NCBI RefSeq assembly: GCF_000013905.1
Contig: NC_007969.1
Location: forward strand, 210,001-242,000
DNA: 32,000 nucleotides
Origin: Psychrobacter cryohalolentis K5
GTDB lineage: Bacteria; Pseudomonadota; Gammaproteobacteria; Pseudomonadales; Moraxellaceae
Direction: 5' to 3'
The position numbers and the translations under genes were made by a program. Numbering within the stretch: position 1 is the stretch's first letter; every line of letters starts with the position of its first letter. A model generated the notes under the pieces. That model made no database searches, was not told the DNA's origin, and was given only the letters and a program-made list of their open reading frames with translations. Positions 1-9,122 of this stretch are shown piece after piece.

Positions 1-660
<660 letters not shown>

Positions 661-745
661 CTATAGCCATCTACTGTCAAAAAAGCCATAAAGACCGATA
701 AATCGATAATTATGCAAAAAGCATGATTAAAAGGACAGACAATGC

Positions 746-773
746 TTGCAATTCGTTTTGGCTTTGCTATAAT
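746..773 (+). promoter_or_regulatory. Sigma70-like promoter candidate upstream of tRNA-Ser
   Basis: TTGCAA (746..751), a 16-nt spacer, then TATAAT (768..773). It lies about 95 nt upstream of the tRNA-Ser 5' end. Confidence 0.45.
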
Positions 774-868
774 ACTCGCCCACGGCATAAGACGTATTGT
801 TAGCATCAATACTATGTTTAAAGAGGTGTTTTTATAAAAAATACTTTGATAAGTGTCTTAAATCGTTA

Positions 869-958
869 GGTGAAGTGGGTGAGTGGCTGAAACCAGTTCC
901 CTGCTAAGGAACCATACGTGTAAGCGTATCGAGGGTTCGAATCCCTCCTTCACCGCCA
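869..958 (+). tRNA. tRNA-Ser (anticodon GCU), encoded CCA
   Basis: Hand-folded cloverleaf. Acceptor stem is GGTGAAG/CTTCACC. Anticodon stem GTTCC/GGAAC carries loop CTGCTAA. Long variable arm is ATACG..CGTAT. T arm is GAGGG-TTCGAAT-CCCTC, followed by 3' GCCA. Confidence 0.95.
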
Positions 959-1055
959 TTTATTCGTTGTTATTAGAGTAATCACGCGAAAACAGCGTTA
1001 ATTATCTTCTGTTTTGTTAAAACAAAAATTAATTTGATTTTAACGAAAAAAGATA

Positions 1056-1083
1056 TTGACACAAGCGAAATTATCTATATAAT
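1056..1083 (+). promoter_or_regulatory. Sigma70 consensus promoter for tRNA-Arg
   Basis: TTGACA (1056..1061), a 16-nt spacer, then TATAAT (1078..1083). It lies 58 nt upstream of the tRNA-Arg 5' end. Confidence 0.6.
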
Positions 1084-1141
1084 GACCAACCTAATTTACT
1101 GTAATTGTTATTAACAAAGCAGTAAATGATGTGTAAAGTAC

Positions 1142-1218
1142 GCGCTTGTAGCTCAGTTGGATAGAGCACTTGGCTACGAACTAAGGGGTCGGGAGTTCGA
1201 ATCTCTCCAAGCGCACCA
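1142..1218 (+). tRNA. tRNA-Arg (anticodon ACG), encoded CCA
   Basis: Acceptor stem is GCGCTTG/CAAGCGC. D arm is GCTC-AGTTGGATA-GAGC. Anticodon stem CTTGG/CTAAG carries loop CTACGAA. T arm is GGGAG-TTCGAAT-CTCTC, followed by ACCA. Confidence 0.95.
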
Positions 1219-1392
1219 TTTTACATCATCGCTTATTTACTAAATCAATCGCCTGTCTTATGACAATTTGGCGGTTTTTTTACGTCTGCGATTTCTTCAT
1301 ATCCAATCGACTATCCTGAGTATAGTGTACGATAAGTGCCTGAATTACGGTACAATAGCGCTATTATTCATTGCTTGCTATGAGCTGGTACC

Positions 1393-2046
1393 ATGTCAAA
1401 GAGTTTATCCAAACGCCCGTCTAAATCCGCTGCTAAAGCCAAAAAATCTGCACCTCATACCTCTGAGGTTGAAGAGCTAGCGATTGCTAAACCCAGCACC
1501 CGCATGGCAGCGATTCTTTATGATGGTATGCTGATTTTAGCATTATTATTTTTGGTAGGGACGGTGCTGACGGTGATTGGCACCTTGTTGACGATGGAGA
1601 CGGGTAGCGAGTCGTCACAAGCTCAATCACTGCCAACATGGTATCAAAACGTTATTATGACACCCTCTTTTATCCTGACGTTGGTAGGGTTTTATGGGTT
1701 GTTCTGGCGTCGTGGTGGGCAGACATTAGGTATGCAGACTTGGCGGCTTAAAACCGTTAATAACAACGGTCATCTGCTCACGTGGGGGCAATCCTTTAAG
1801 CGTGTTCTAGCAGCTAGTATCATGCCACTTATATTTGGCCTCATTGGTAGTGTCATCGGTGGCTCGCGCGCTATTTTATTGACCAGTGTCTTTCTGGGCT
1901 TTGTTTTTAATTATGCTTTTTGCCTATTCAACTCACGTGGTCTCGCAGTGCAAGATATGCTATCTAATACCATTACCTTAAAAATGCCAAAAACAGAGAA
2001 TGAAGGACTATGGCGAGTGATTAGAAACCGCAAGCGAGGAAAATAA
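1393..2046 (+). CDS. RDD family membrane protein
   Basis: 217-aa ORF with a basic N-terminus and three or more hydrophobic helices. It has the R..D..D pattern typical of RDD domains: RMAAILYDGMLI, GQTLGMQTWRLKTV and VQDMLSNT. Confidence 0.8.
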   Translation: MSKSLSKRPSKSAAKAKKSAPHTSEVEELAIAKPSTRMAAILYDGMLILALLFLVGTVLTVIGTLLTMETGSESSQAQSLPTWYQNVIMTPSFILTLVGFYGLFWRRGGQTLGMQTWRLKTVNNNGHLLTWGQSFKRVLAASIMPLIFGLIGSVIGGSRAILLTSVFLGFVFNYAFCLFNSRGLAVQDMLSNTITLKMPKTENEGLWRVIRNRKRGK

Positions 2047-2088
2047 ACCGCATTATCATTGCCATAGTCTGTCAACATATTTTAAACC

Positions 2089-3078
2089 TTACATGTTGGC
2101 TGTTTGCATCAACCATAAAGTATAGCCGACAAAGAATAAGACCAAAGTCGAGCCAGAAGCGCGACCGAATGGACGCTTACTCATAAAGGCAAAAACCGCC
2201 ATAGCTACCAGTAAGAGCGTGACCAGACCCATCGCCAATATATCACGTGATAAGATAATTGGGCTGACTGTGATTGGCGCTATAAGCGCTGCGAGACCAA
2301 CGACGCCCAAGGTGTTAAATATATTAGAGCCGATAATATTACCCAGTGCCATGTCGTGCTCACCTTTACGTGCGGCTGATAAGCTTGCGACCAATTCAGG
2401 CAGCGAGGTTCCAATAGCAACAATAGTCAGACCGATAATCAGCTCGCTCAATCCCCAAAACGTTGCCAGCTCAACGGCGCCCCAGACGATGGCTTGCGAG
2501 CTTGCTACCAGCATTGATAAGCCAATGACTAAACTGCCTAAACTGCCTAAACCGCGCATCAAGCTAGGATGGTTGTCCTCTGTACCGCTCAAATTTTCTG
2601 TGGTAGCTTCTTCATCATTTGATTTGCTTTCACGTAAACTAAGAATGATCTGAATTCCCAACACAATAACCAATGATGCCAATAGTACTAGACCATCAGT
2701 TAGGCTTAATAGCCCATCACGAAGCTGCCACGCTGCCAATGCAGTGATGACTACCAGTATTGGCAGATCGCGCTTGATGACACCTTTATGAATGATAATA
2801 GGGCTAATGAGTACCGTTGCACCCAAGACCAAAGCAATATTGATGATATTAGAGCCATACGCATTACCCAGTGCTAGCTCAGGGCTGCCTTCCAATGCTG
2901 CCAATGCAGACACGACCATCTCAGGGGCAGATGTGCCTACTCCTAATATGATAACCCCGATTAAGAAGCTGGGCGCATTAAACTTTTTTGCCAATGCTGT
3001 TGCGGCATCAATGAAGACATCGGCACTCCAAACAAGAATCGCAAGACCAATCAATATTGCAATAACTGCCAACCACAT
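2089..3078 (-). CDS. Calcium/sodium antiporter (CaCA family, YrbG-like)
   Basis: 329-aa polytopic membrane protein with the two alpha-repeat signatures GTSAPE and GTSLPE, each followed by G(N)xxGSNIFN-type motifs. An acidic cytoplasmic loop separates the two halves. Confidence 0.9.
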   Translation of the reverse strand: MWLAVIAILIGLAILVWSADVFIDAATALAKKFNAPSFLIGVIILGVGTSAPEMVVSALAALEGSPELALGNAYGSNIINIALVLGATVLISPIIIHKGVIKRDLPILVVITALAAWQLRDGLLSLTDGLVLLASLVIVLGIQIILSLRESKSNDEEATTENLSGTEDNHPSLMRGLGSLGSLVIGLSMLVASSQAIVWGAVELATFWGLSELIIGLTIVAIGTSLPELVASLSAARKGEHDMALGNIIGSNIFNTLGVVGLAALIAPITVSPIILSRDILAMGLVTLLLVAMAVFAFMSKRPFGRASGSTLVLFFVGYTLWLMQTANM

Positions 3079-3153
3079 TTAGATAACTCCTTCGTTAGAG
3101 ATAAAAAACAGATATTGGATTTTGAGCAAGCTTATGTCATATAAAAATGGCAT

Positions 3154-3186
3154 AAAAAAAAGCTGAATCACAATCTGGATTCAGCT
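3154..3186 (-). terminator. Intrinsic terminator downstream of panD
   Basis: Stem AGCTGAATC (3161..3169) pairs with GATTCAGCT (3178..3186). On the minus strand it is followed by a U-run (A7 at 3154..3160 on plus). Confidence 0.7.
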
Positions 3187-3288
3187 TCGATATAAGTACA
3201 AGTATTTTAATGGGATTTTGACAGAAATGGCAACCGTGTGACCATGTATTTACTCATGGTTTATGTAACAAGTTCTTAAATGATTTTC

Positions 3289-3669
3289 TTAGGCCACTTG
3301 TACTGGAATAATATTTGCGGTGTCTTTAACTGTATTGTCTTCATTGCAATACACCAGTCTTGGCTGATACGTTGACGCTTCAACTTCATCAAAATGTGCA
3401 TAGGCACAGATGATAACGATATCGCCTAGGTCTGCCATATGAGCCGCTGCACCGTTTAAGGAGATAATACCAGAGCCCGCTTCAGCGCGAATAGCATAGG
3501 TGCGAAAGCGTTTGCCATTGGTGACGTTATAGATGTCGATAGATTCGTTTTCACGCAGACCGGCAAGGTCTAACAAATCACCGTCGATACCGCATGAGCC
3601 TTCATAGTGAAGTTCGGCATGAGTAACACGGGCACGATGTAATTTGCACTTGAGCATATTAAGTAGCAT
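3289..3669 (-). CDS. panD: Aspartate 1-decarboxylase proenzyme
   Basis: 126 aa. [30 protein letters not shown] is near-collinear with E. coli PanD, including the self-cleavage G-S site (EGSC). Confidence 0.95.
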   Translation of the reverse strand: MLLNMLKCKLHRARVTHAELHYEGSCGIDGDLLDLAGLRENESIDIYNVTNGKRFRTYAIRAEAGSGIISLNGAAAHMADLGDIVIICAYAHFDEVEASTYQPRLVYCNEDNTVKDTANIIPVQVA

Positions 3670-3768
3670 AGATTGCTTCCTTAGTGTAACGGATATAAAT
3701 GAGTCAAATCAAAACGTTAATGGGGATTAACTTGCTAAAATAAAAGGCTATTATAATTGAAACACCAT

Positions 3769-4350
3769 TCATTCAGGTAATTTAAAACCATTAATTTGCG
3801 AACGTGCTTTTTCGACATCACCGCCTAATAGCAAAGGCAGGGCGTCAAAAGCAGCAGATAATGCACTATCAATAGCAATCTGCTCATCTGGCGCAGCTTT
3901 TGAAAGCACATGACCACTGACTTTAGACTTGTGACCCGGATGACCAATACCCACACGCAGACGATGGAAGTCGTTACCAATATGGGGGGTTATGTCACGC
4001 AGACCATTATGACCGCCATGACCACCGTCAGTTTTGAGTTTGATGCTACCAGCAGGAATATCAAGCTCATCATGGGCGATTAACAGCTCGTCATTATCAA
4101 TGCCATAAAATTTAACCATGGGCACGACCGACTGACCTGATTTATTCATAAAAGTCAGCGGCATCAATAGACGCACGTCATGCCCATGAATCTGCCCGCG
4201 TCCTGTCACTCCATGGAATTTTTTGTCGGGGGCGAGAGTGATATTAAACTGCTGAGCCAAATGAAGGACGAACCAAAATCCTGCATTATGGCGCGTAAAC
4301 ATATATTCCTGACCCGGATTACCAAGACCGACTATAAGCTTTATGGCCAT
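3769..4350 (-). CDS. pth: Peptidyl-tRNA hydrolase
   Basis: 193 aa. Carries the Pth signatures LIVGLGNPGxEY, TRHNAGF and GHGGHNGLRDI. Confidence 0.95.
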   Translation of the reverse strand: MAIKLIVGLGNPGQEYMFTRHNAGFWFVLHLAQQFNITLAPDKKFHGVTGRGQIHGHDVRLLMPLTFMNKSGQSVVPMVKFYGIDNDELLIAHDELDIPAGSIKLKTDGGHGGHNGLRDITPHIGNDFHRLRVGIGHPGHKSKVSGHVLSKAAPDEQIAIDSALSAAFDALPLLLGGDVEKARSQINGFKLPE

Positions 4351-4413
4351 AAAAACACCCTGCTTGACTATAATAAATGAGTGGTAAGGTCTGATTTCTC
4401 AAACCTTACTTAC

Positions 4414-4451
4414 AAAAACAGCAGGAGATATTCATCACCTGCCGTTTTTTT
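4414..4451 (-). terminator. Bidirectional-looking intrinsic terminator downstream of rplY
   Basis: Stem CAGCAGG (4419..4425) pairs with CCTGCCG (4438..4444, one mismatch). It is flanked by A5 on one side and T7 on the other, about 60 nt after the rplY stop. Confidence 0.65.
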
Positions 4452-4509
4452 GACTGAACAAACCTTACATTATATAGACAACAATAAGTCGCTATATAAA
4501 GCCGGTTTA

Positions 4510-5184
4510 TTACTCGCCGTCTTTGCTTTCGTCAGTACCTTGCTCAGTCGCAGGTACGTCAGCGGCATCAACTTCAGCAGCTTCGTCAACTTCTTCAACC
4601 GTTGGTGGCTGCATGTTTACGATCGTACGGTCATGACCATCTTCTAATTCAAGCTCAGCAATAACCACGCCTTCAGGAAGAGTGATGTCTGATAGACGGA
4701 ACAAATCGCCAATTTCCATACCAGATACATCTATTTCTAGATATTCAGGTAACTGTGATGGTATGCAAACGATTTCGATGTCAGTTACTAGTGTTGATAG
4801 AACACCACCAGCTTTAGTACCAGGCGCTTCTTCACGACCAGAAAAATGAACAGGAACATTCATGTTGATTTTCTGACCTTTCACAACGCGCTGGAAGTCA
4901 GCATGCATTGGGAAACCTTTAGCAGGATGGCGTTGCAAGTCTTTAATAACTACTTGATGCTCTTCGCCATCTACATTCAAAGTCAAGATGTGTGAGAAGA
5001 AAGCTTCAAATTCTAGTGATTTTACTAGCTCATTGATTTTGATAGAGATAGCTGTTGGCTGCTCACCACCACCATAGATGATAGCAGGAACTAGGTTCTG
5101 CTTACGTAGGCGGCGGCTCGCACCTTTACCTTGAAGCTCAGCAGAACGATCAACTGCGTTTAATGCAAAATGATTAATAGTCAT
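4510..5184 (-). CDS. rplY: 50S ribosomal protein L25, long Ctc form
   Basis: 224 aa. N-terminal L25 domain (RxxGKGASRRLRxxxxVPAIIYGG), beta-barrel Ctc extension and an acidic C-terminal tail. It sits in the conserved position between prs and pth. Confidence 0.95.
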   Translation of the reverse strand: MTINHFALNAVDRSAELQGKGASRRLRKQNLVPAIIYGGGEQPTAISIKINELVKSLEFEAFFSHILTLNVDGEEHQVVIKDLQRHPAKGFPMHADFQRVVKGQKINMNVPVHFSGREEAPGTKAGGVLSTLVTDIEIVCIPSQLPEYLEIDVSGMEIGDLFRLSDITLPEGVVIAELELEDGHDRTIVNMQPPTVEEVDEAAEVDAADVPATEQGTDESKDGE

Positions 5185-5224
5185 GGATGTAATCCTATAA
5201 AAAAATGATGAAGTGTCTGGTCAT

Positions 5225-5251
5225 AAAAAAGTGGATTTGCGACCAATCCAC
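5225..5251 (-). terminator. Terminator-like hairpin plus U-run inside the rplY 5' leader (possible attenuator)
   Basis: The minus strand reads GTGGATT-ggtcgca-AATCCAC followed by TTTTTT. It ends 41 nt upstream of the rplY ATG and upstream of its AGGA Shine-Dalgarno. Confidence 0.5.
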
Positions 5252-5563
5252 TAATACGTGATGATAGCTAGTATTTGTCGGGCGTGATAAACGCCGATAA
5301 TCAAATCTAGCCATGTGCTTAACCTAATGATTGCCATCATAAAAATTATCAAGAAAATCATTATTTTAAACGTGATCAGCACTTTTAATAATACCGACTG
5401 TTTTAAATCATAAAAAACGGTCAGCACAGGCGCGCATTATACGTGATTAGCTAATAATAAGAAAGACCTACGTAAAATAGCTGGGCAAAACCCTTATGCA
5501 AGATCGTTATGAAAAACACCTATACGAACAACAGTGCAAAACTGTTAATTAAAATCATTAAAT

Positions 5564-5600
5564 AAAAAAAGCGCCAAGTAATGAAACTTAGCGCTTTTTT
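5564..5600 (-). terminator. Intrinsic terminator immediately downstream of prs
   Basis: Stem AAGCGCCAAGT (5569..5579) pairs with ACTTAGCGCTT (5586..5596, one mismatch). A-run and T-run on either side. It starts 17 nt after the prs stop. Confidence 0.75.
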
Positions 5601-5616
5601 CAATCTACGATAACTC

Positions 5617-6564
5617 TTAAGCGTCAAACATGGCGCTGATAGATTCTTCGTTATTAATACGGCGTAAGCTTTCAGCCAACATTGGCGCGATGCTCACTTG
5701 ACGAATCTTGCTGCAAGCTTTGGCAGCATCAGACAATGGAATCGTATCAGTAACGACAATCTCATCCAATTCTGATTCACTGATGTTCTTAAGCGCATTA
5801 CCAGATAGGACAGGGTGGGTGATATAAGCCACTACGCGGCGTGCGCCATTTGCTTTAAGCGCTTCGGCAGCTTTACATAGCGTGCCAGCCGTATCGACCA
5901 TATCATCAACGATGACACAATCACGGTCACGGACGTCACCAATAATGTGCATCACTTGCGACTCATTGGCACGGGCACGACGTTTATCAATAATCGCCAT
6001 GTCAGTATCGCCCAACTGCTTAGCCATCGCACGTGCACGAACCACGCCCCCAACGTCAGGAGAGACAACCATGATGTTGTCATAATCTTGTTTTTGTAGA
6101 TCGTTAAGCAATACAGGCGTGCCGTAGATATTATCGACTGGGATGTCAAAGAAACCTTGAATCTGATCTGAGTGCAAATCAACGGTCATCACACGATCGA
6201 TACTAACGATGTTCAACATGTCAGCAACGACTTTAGCAGAGATAGGCACACGAGCTGAACGAGGGCGACGGTCTTGACGGGCATAACCAAAATACGGCAT
6301 GACTGCTGTAATACGACCAGCACTAGAGCGACGCAAAGCGTCTGCCATCATCATGATTTCCATCAAATTGTCGTTGGTCGGTGCACAAGTAGGCTGCATG
6401 ATAAACACGTCTTTACCACGCACGTGCTCTTTGATTTCTACGGCAATTTCGCCATCAGAAAAACGCGTGATGTCAGCTTTACCAAGAGGTATATGGAGAT
6501 GATCGGCTACGGTTTTTGCTAATTCTGGGTGGGCATTGCCCGTAAAAATCGCCAAATAAGGCAT
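5617..6564 (-). CDS. prs: Ribose-phosphate pyrophosphokinase
   Basis: 315 aa. Contains [10 protein letters not shown], the [10 protein letters not shown] motif and the PRPP-binding loop [12 protein letters not shown]. Confidence 0.97.
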   Translation of the reverse strand: MPYLAIFTGNAHPELAKTVADHLHIPLGKADITRFSDGEIAVEIKEHVRGKDVFIMQPTCAPTNDNLMEIMMMADALRRSSAGRITAVMPYFGYARQDRRPRSARVPISAKVVADMLNIVSIDRVMTVDLHSDQIQGFFDIPVDNIYGTPVLLNDLQKQDYDNIMVVSPDVGGVVRARAMAKQLGDTDMAIIDKRRARANESQVMHIIGDVRDRDCVIVDDMVDTAGTLCKAAEALKANGARRVVAYITHPVLSGNALKNISESELDEIVVTDTIPLSDAAKACSKIRQVSIAPMLAESLRRINNEESISAMFDA

Positions 6565-6674
6565 GACAGAAGTCCTATTGATTGACTCAAGCAGCGACCG
6601 CTAAGCAGTGTCAAACTGCTCAAATTCAGAAAAGAGTGGTGAAAAAGATTGATGACTACTATTACAGTAAAAAA

Positions 6675-6750
6675 TGGCAGGGGTAGCTGGACTCGAACCA
6701 ACGGATGTCAGGATCAAAACCTGATGCCTTACCAACTTGGCTATACCCCT
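6675..6750 (-). tRNA. tRNA-Gln (anticodon UUG), copy 1, encoded CCA
   Basis: The reverse complement is AGGGGTATAGCCAAGTTGGTAAGGCATCAGGTTTTGATCCTGACATCCGTTGGTTCGAGTCCAGCTACCCCTGCCA. Acceptor stem is AGGGGTA/TACCCCT. Anticodon stem TCAGG/CCTGA carries loop TTTTGAT. Confidence 0.95.
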
Positions 6751-6992
6751 GTAATGTCTAGGCTGTGTACGTCGATATCTAAAAGCAACTTTTTAACAGT
6801 CATTATTAGAATAGCGTCACGACCTGTTCGTTATCTCATAAACAGAAAAATCGTCTAAAACATAACTTTTCCCTAACGGTGTTCATTGCGAACTATACCG
6901 AAACTGGGATAACATTGTCAATGTCAATAAGATAAGCGACTGTCTATAAACTGCTTATAATAAGTACACATCTAATGCTTTGAGCTTAAAAA

Positions 6993-7068
6993 TGGCAGGG
7001 GTAGCTGGACTCGAACCAACGGATGTCAGGATCAAAACCTGATGCCTTACCAACTTGGCTATACCCCT
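6993..7068 (-). tRNA. tRNA-Gln (anticodon UUG), copy 2, identical to copy 1
   Basis: Base-for-base identical 76-nt sequence to 6675..6750. Confidence 0.95.
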
Positions 7069-7081
7069 ATTGAGGCGACCT

Positions 7082-7109
7082 ATTATAATTAAATTTTCAG
7101 ATTTTGCAA
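7082..7109 (-). promoter_or_regulatory. Sigma70-like promoter for the tRNA-Gln tandem
   Basis: The minus strand reads TTGCAA (7109..7104), a 16-nt spacer, then TATAAT (7087..7082). The -10 element ends 13 nt before the 5' end of tRNA-Gln copy 2. Confidence 0.55.
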
Positions 7110-7235
7110 GTCATTTGCGCCTTTTTATAGCTTTTATTAAAAAATAGGTCAGAAATAAAACGGGTATTGAATCCATAAAACTTTTTACGCTGTATTTGTA
7201 GTCCTCTTATTTTCACACTATAGCTCAAATCTAAC

Positions 7236-8204
7236 TCATAAATTACGAACTAAATAGGCAGGACAGGGCGCCTCTTCAATCCACTTTGCCAAACGCGCTT
7301 TATCAGATATCACACCTGCATCCAAAGGCAAAAATACTGCGCTACCTGAGCCAGTCATTCTTGCTGTGCTCAGTGCTTGAGTCTCTAACTCTTGCAAATA
7401 GCGTAGTGCTTCATCGACGGCAGGAGCAAGATTGGTGACCACTGGCGTAAAGACATTTTGATAAGGCGTGTTTAAATGTTGCACATAGTCATTGGAATGG
7501 TTTTGAATGGTCTTAATTGATAGCGGAGCGATATCTCGCTGTAGCTTGGAGTGCGCAAAAAGCTCGGCAGTATTAACGTGAGCTTTAGGGGTCAATACTA
7601 AATACTGTTGCTCAGGTAAATCAATCGCTGTCAGCTCTTCGCCAATGCCCATCGCAATAGCATCTTGTCCAAAAATAAATATCGGCACATCAGCGCCAAT
7701 GCTTGCGCCAATTTTTATAAGCGTATCTTGATCAAAATTAATCTGCCATATTTTATTTAAGACTAATAATGTCGTCGCAGCATTGGATGAGCCACCACCT
7801 AAGCCTGCGCCCATCGGTAAGTGCTTATCTAACCTCACTGACACTTTCGGTAGATTCTTAGGTAGCGAATTTGAGTTTATGGCAGATGCCAGTAAGGCAT
7901 TAGCCGCTTTAAAGATCAAATTGTCCTCTATGCTGCTGGTTATGGTGTCGGCACCACTTAGCGTAAGCAGCTGACCACACAGGCTACTATTATCTACAGC
8001 GCTATTGTCTGCTACGCTATCAATAGTAATTATTAATTCATCTGCTACTGAAAAATGCAAATAATCGCCCCAATCGAGCAGGCGAAACACCGTTTGCAAA
8101 TTGTGATAACCATCAGCGCGCTTACCAGTAATATGCAAAAATAAATTAATCTTTGCTGGTGATAGGCGAGTAATAACCGATGCAGAAGTCGCGTTTTTAG
8201 TCAT
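7236..8204 (-). CDS. ispE: 4-diphosphocytidyl-2-C-methyl-D-erythritol kinase
   Basis: 322 aa. Has PAKINLFLHITGKRADGYHNLQTVF and the GHMP kinase loop LPMGAGLGGGSSNAAT. It sits in the conserved position next to lolB. Confidence 0.93.
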   Translation of the reverse strand: MTKNATSASVITRLSPAKINLFLHITGKRADGYHNLQTVFRLLDWGDYLHFSVADELIITIDSVADNSAVDNSSLCGQLLTLSGADTITSSIEDNLIFKAANALLASAINSNSLPKNLPKVSVRLDKHLPMGAGLGGGSSNAATTLLVLNKIWQINFDQDTLIKIGASIGADVPIFIFGQDAIAMGIGEELTAIDLPEQQYLVLTPKAHVNTAELFAHSKLQRDIAPLSIKTIQNHSNDYVQHLNTPYQNVFTPVVTNLAPAVDEALRYLQELETQALSTARMTGSGSAVFLPLDAGVISDKARLAKWIEEAPCPAYLVRNL

Positions 8205-8241
8205 AAATGATGGTCACAATTCTTAAGTGCAATTTTTAAAC

Positions 8242-8273
8242 GCAAACAGCCATTTATAGAAATGGCTGTTTGC
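8242..8273. other. Perfect 14-bp stem, 4-nt loop hairpin between lolB and ispE
   Basis: GCAAACAGCCATTT (8242..8255), loop ATAG, then AAATGGCTGTTTGC (8260..8273). There is no U-run on either strand, so it is not a canonical terminator. Confidence 0.5.
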
Positions 8274-8299
8274 AATAGCGATCAAATCTATTGGTGCTA

Positions 8300-8938
8300 T
8301 TACTTTTGATGATCGATTGTCATGACAACTTTGTTGCCTTGCGATTGAACGGCACTGATCTTATTTGGTAATTTATCATTGCCTTTGTAGCTAAAGCTGG
8401 CACGCCATTCACCATTTACCGAGCTAATTAGACGATTTTGGGCATCAAGCTGTGGTGCGCTGTCTGAAGGCGCTGGGCGTCCAGAAATCCAGTAAGGCAT
8501 CTGAGAGATAGGCGCTTGCCAGCCGGTGGCTTTTTTGAGCAGGGTTTCAGGGTCAGCCGCATTCAAAGTACCGGTTTTTTCGCTCACCAAAGTCGCAGAT
8601 TGACCATTGTATTCGATATTGGTTTTACCAATGCCTAATGCACCAATGAGTTCAATGGCAAAGCGATCATTCTGTTGACCCCATGCATAAAATGCACTGC
8701 CGCCTTGAGCCCCTGTTGTATCACTCGCAGCCGCTGTAACACCAATCTTACCTGTAATATTAAAGCTCTCAAGTTTCTTTGGTTGCTCAGTATTTTGACC
8801 TTGAATGGTTGTGCTAGGCTGGTTGGTCGCGTTGGCGGTCTTCATAGACTGACAGCCAGAGGTAATTACCATTGCTGCTGTCATAGCGGCAAATAGGGCC
8901 AGTTTATTAGGTTTATAAAAAGATCGCAGGGTAGACAT
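8300..8938 (-). CDS. lolB: Outer-membrane lipoprotein LolB
   Basis: 212 aa. Lipoprotein signal peptide with lipobox ITSG-C. Size and position (between the TPR gene and ispE) match the lolB-ispE-prs arrangement known from E. coli and Pseudomonas. Confidence 0.88.
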   Translation of the reverse strand: MSTLRSFYKPNKLALFAAMTAAMVITSGCQSMKTANATNQPSTTIQGQNTEQPKKLESFNITGKIGVTAAASDTTGAQGGSAFYAWGQQNDRFAIELIGALGIGKTNIEYNGQSATLVSEKTGTLNAADPETLLKKATGWQAPISQMPYWISGRPAPSDSAPQLDAQNRLISSVNGEWRASFSYKGNDKLPNKISAVQSQGNKVVMTIDHQK

Positions 8939-9122
8939 GATGTTTCCTCAAAAATGGACAAATTTGCAAAATTTTTGTTTCGAGAGCAGGTTAGCTTAAG
9001 TGTTATTTGTTACTCAGTTATGCGTGGCTGTTAGCTTCTTATACATGACTTGTAATAATAGGATGTCGTATTCGAGGACTTAGAAGCACTATGCCATTGC
9101 TTATTAATTATATCGTTTGTTA

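Noticed and set aside
1126-1236. Complementary sequences flanking tRNA-Arg (GATGTGTAAA upstream, TTTACATCATC downstream)
   Set aside because: This is a short imperfect complementarity. It is plausibly a precursor-processing stem but too weak to report as a feature.
869-1392. tRNA-Ser and tRNA-Arg as an integration hot-spot or genomic-island boundary
   Set aside because: There is no integrase, no direct repeat of a tRNA 3' end and no compositional shift downstream. The next genes (RDD protein, antiporter, panD) look native.
2219-3082. Plus-strand ORFs of 144 aa and 96 aa
   Set aside because: They are antisense shadows of the Ca2+/Na+ antiporter gene. The antiporter frame carries clear family motifs and these ORFs have none.
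4381-4647. 88-aa plus-strand ORF
   Set aside because: It starts in the rplY terminator region and runs antisense into the rplY 3' end. It has no Shine-Dalgarno and a low-complexity product.
6519-6858. ORFs of 60 aa (minus) and 69 aa (plus) around 6.5 to 6.9 kb
   Set aside because: They overlap the prs start and tRNA-Gln copy 1. The tRNA fold is unambiguous.
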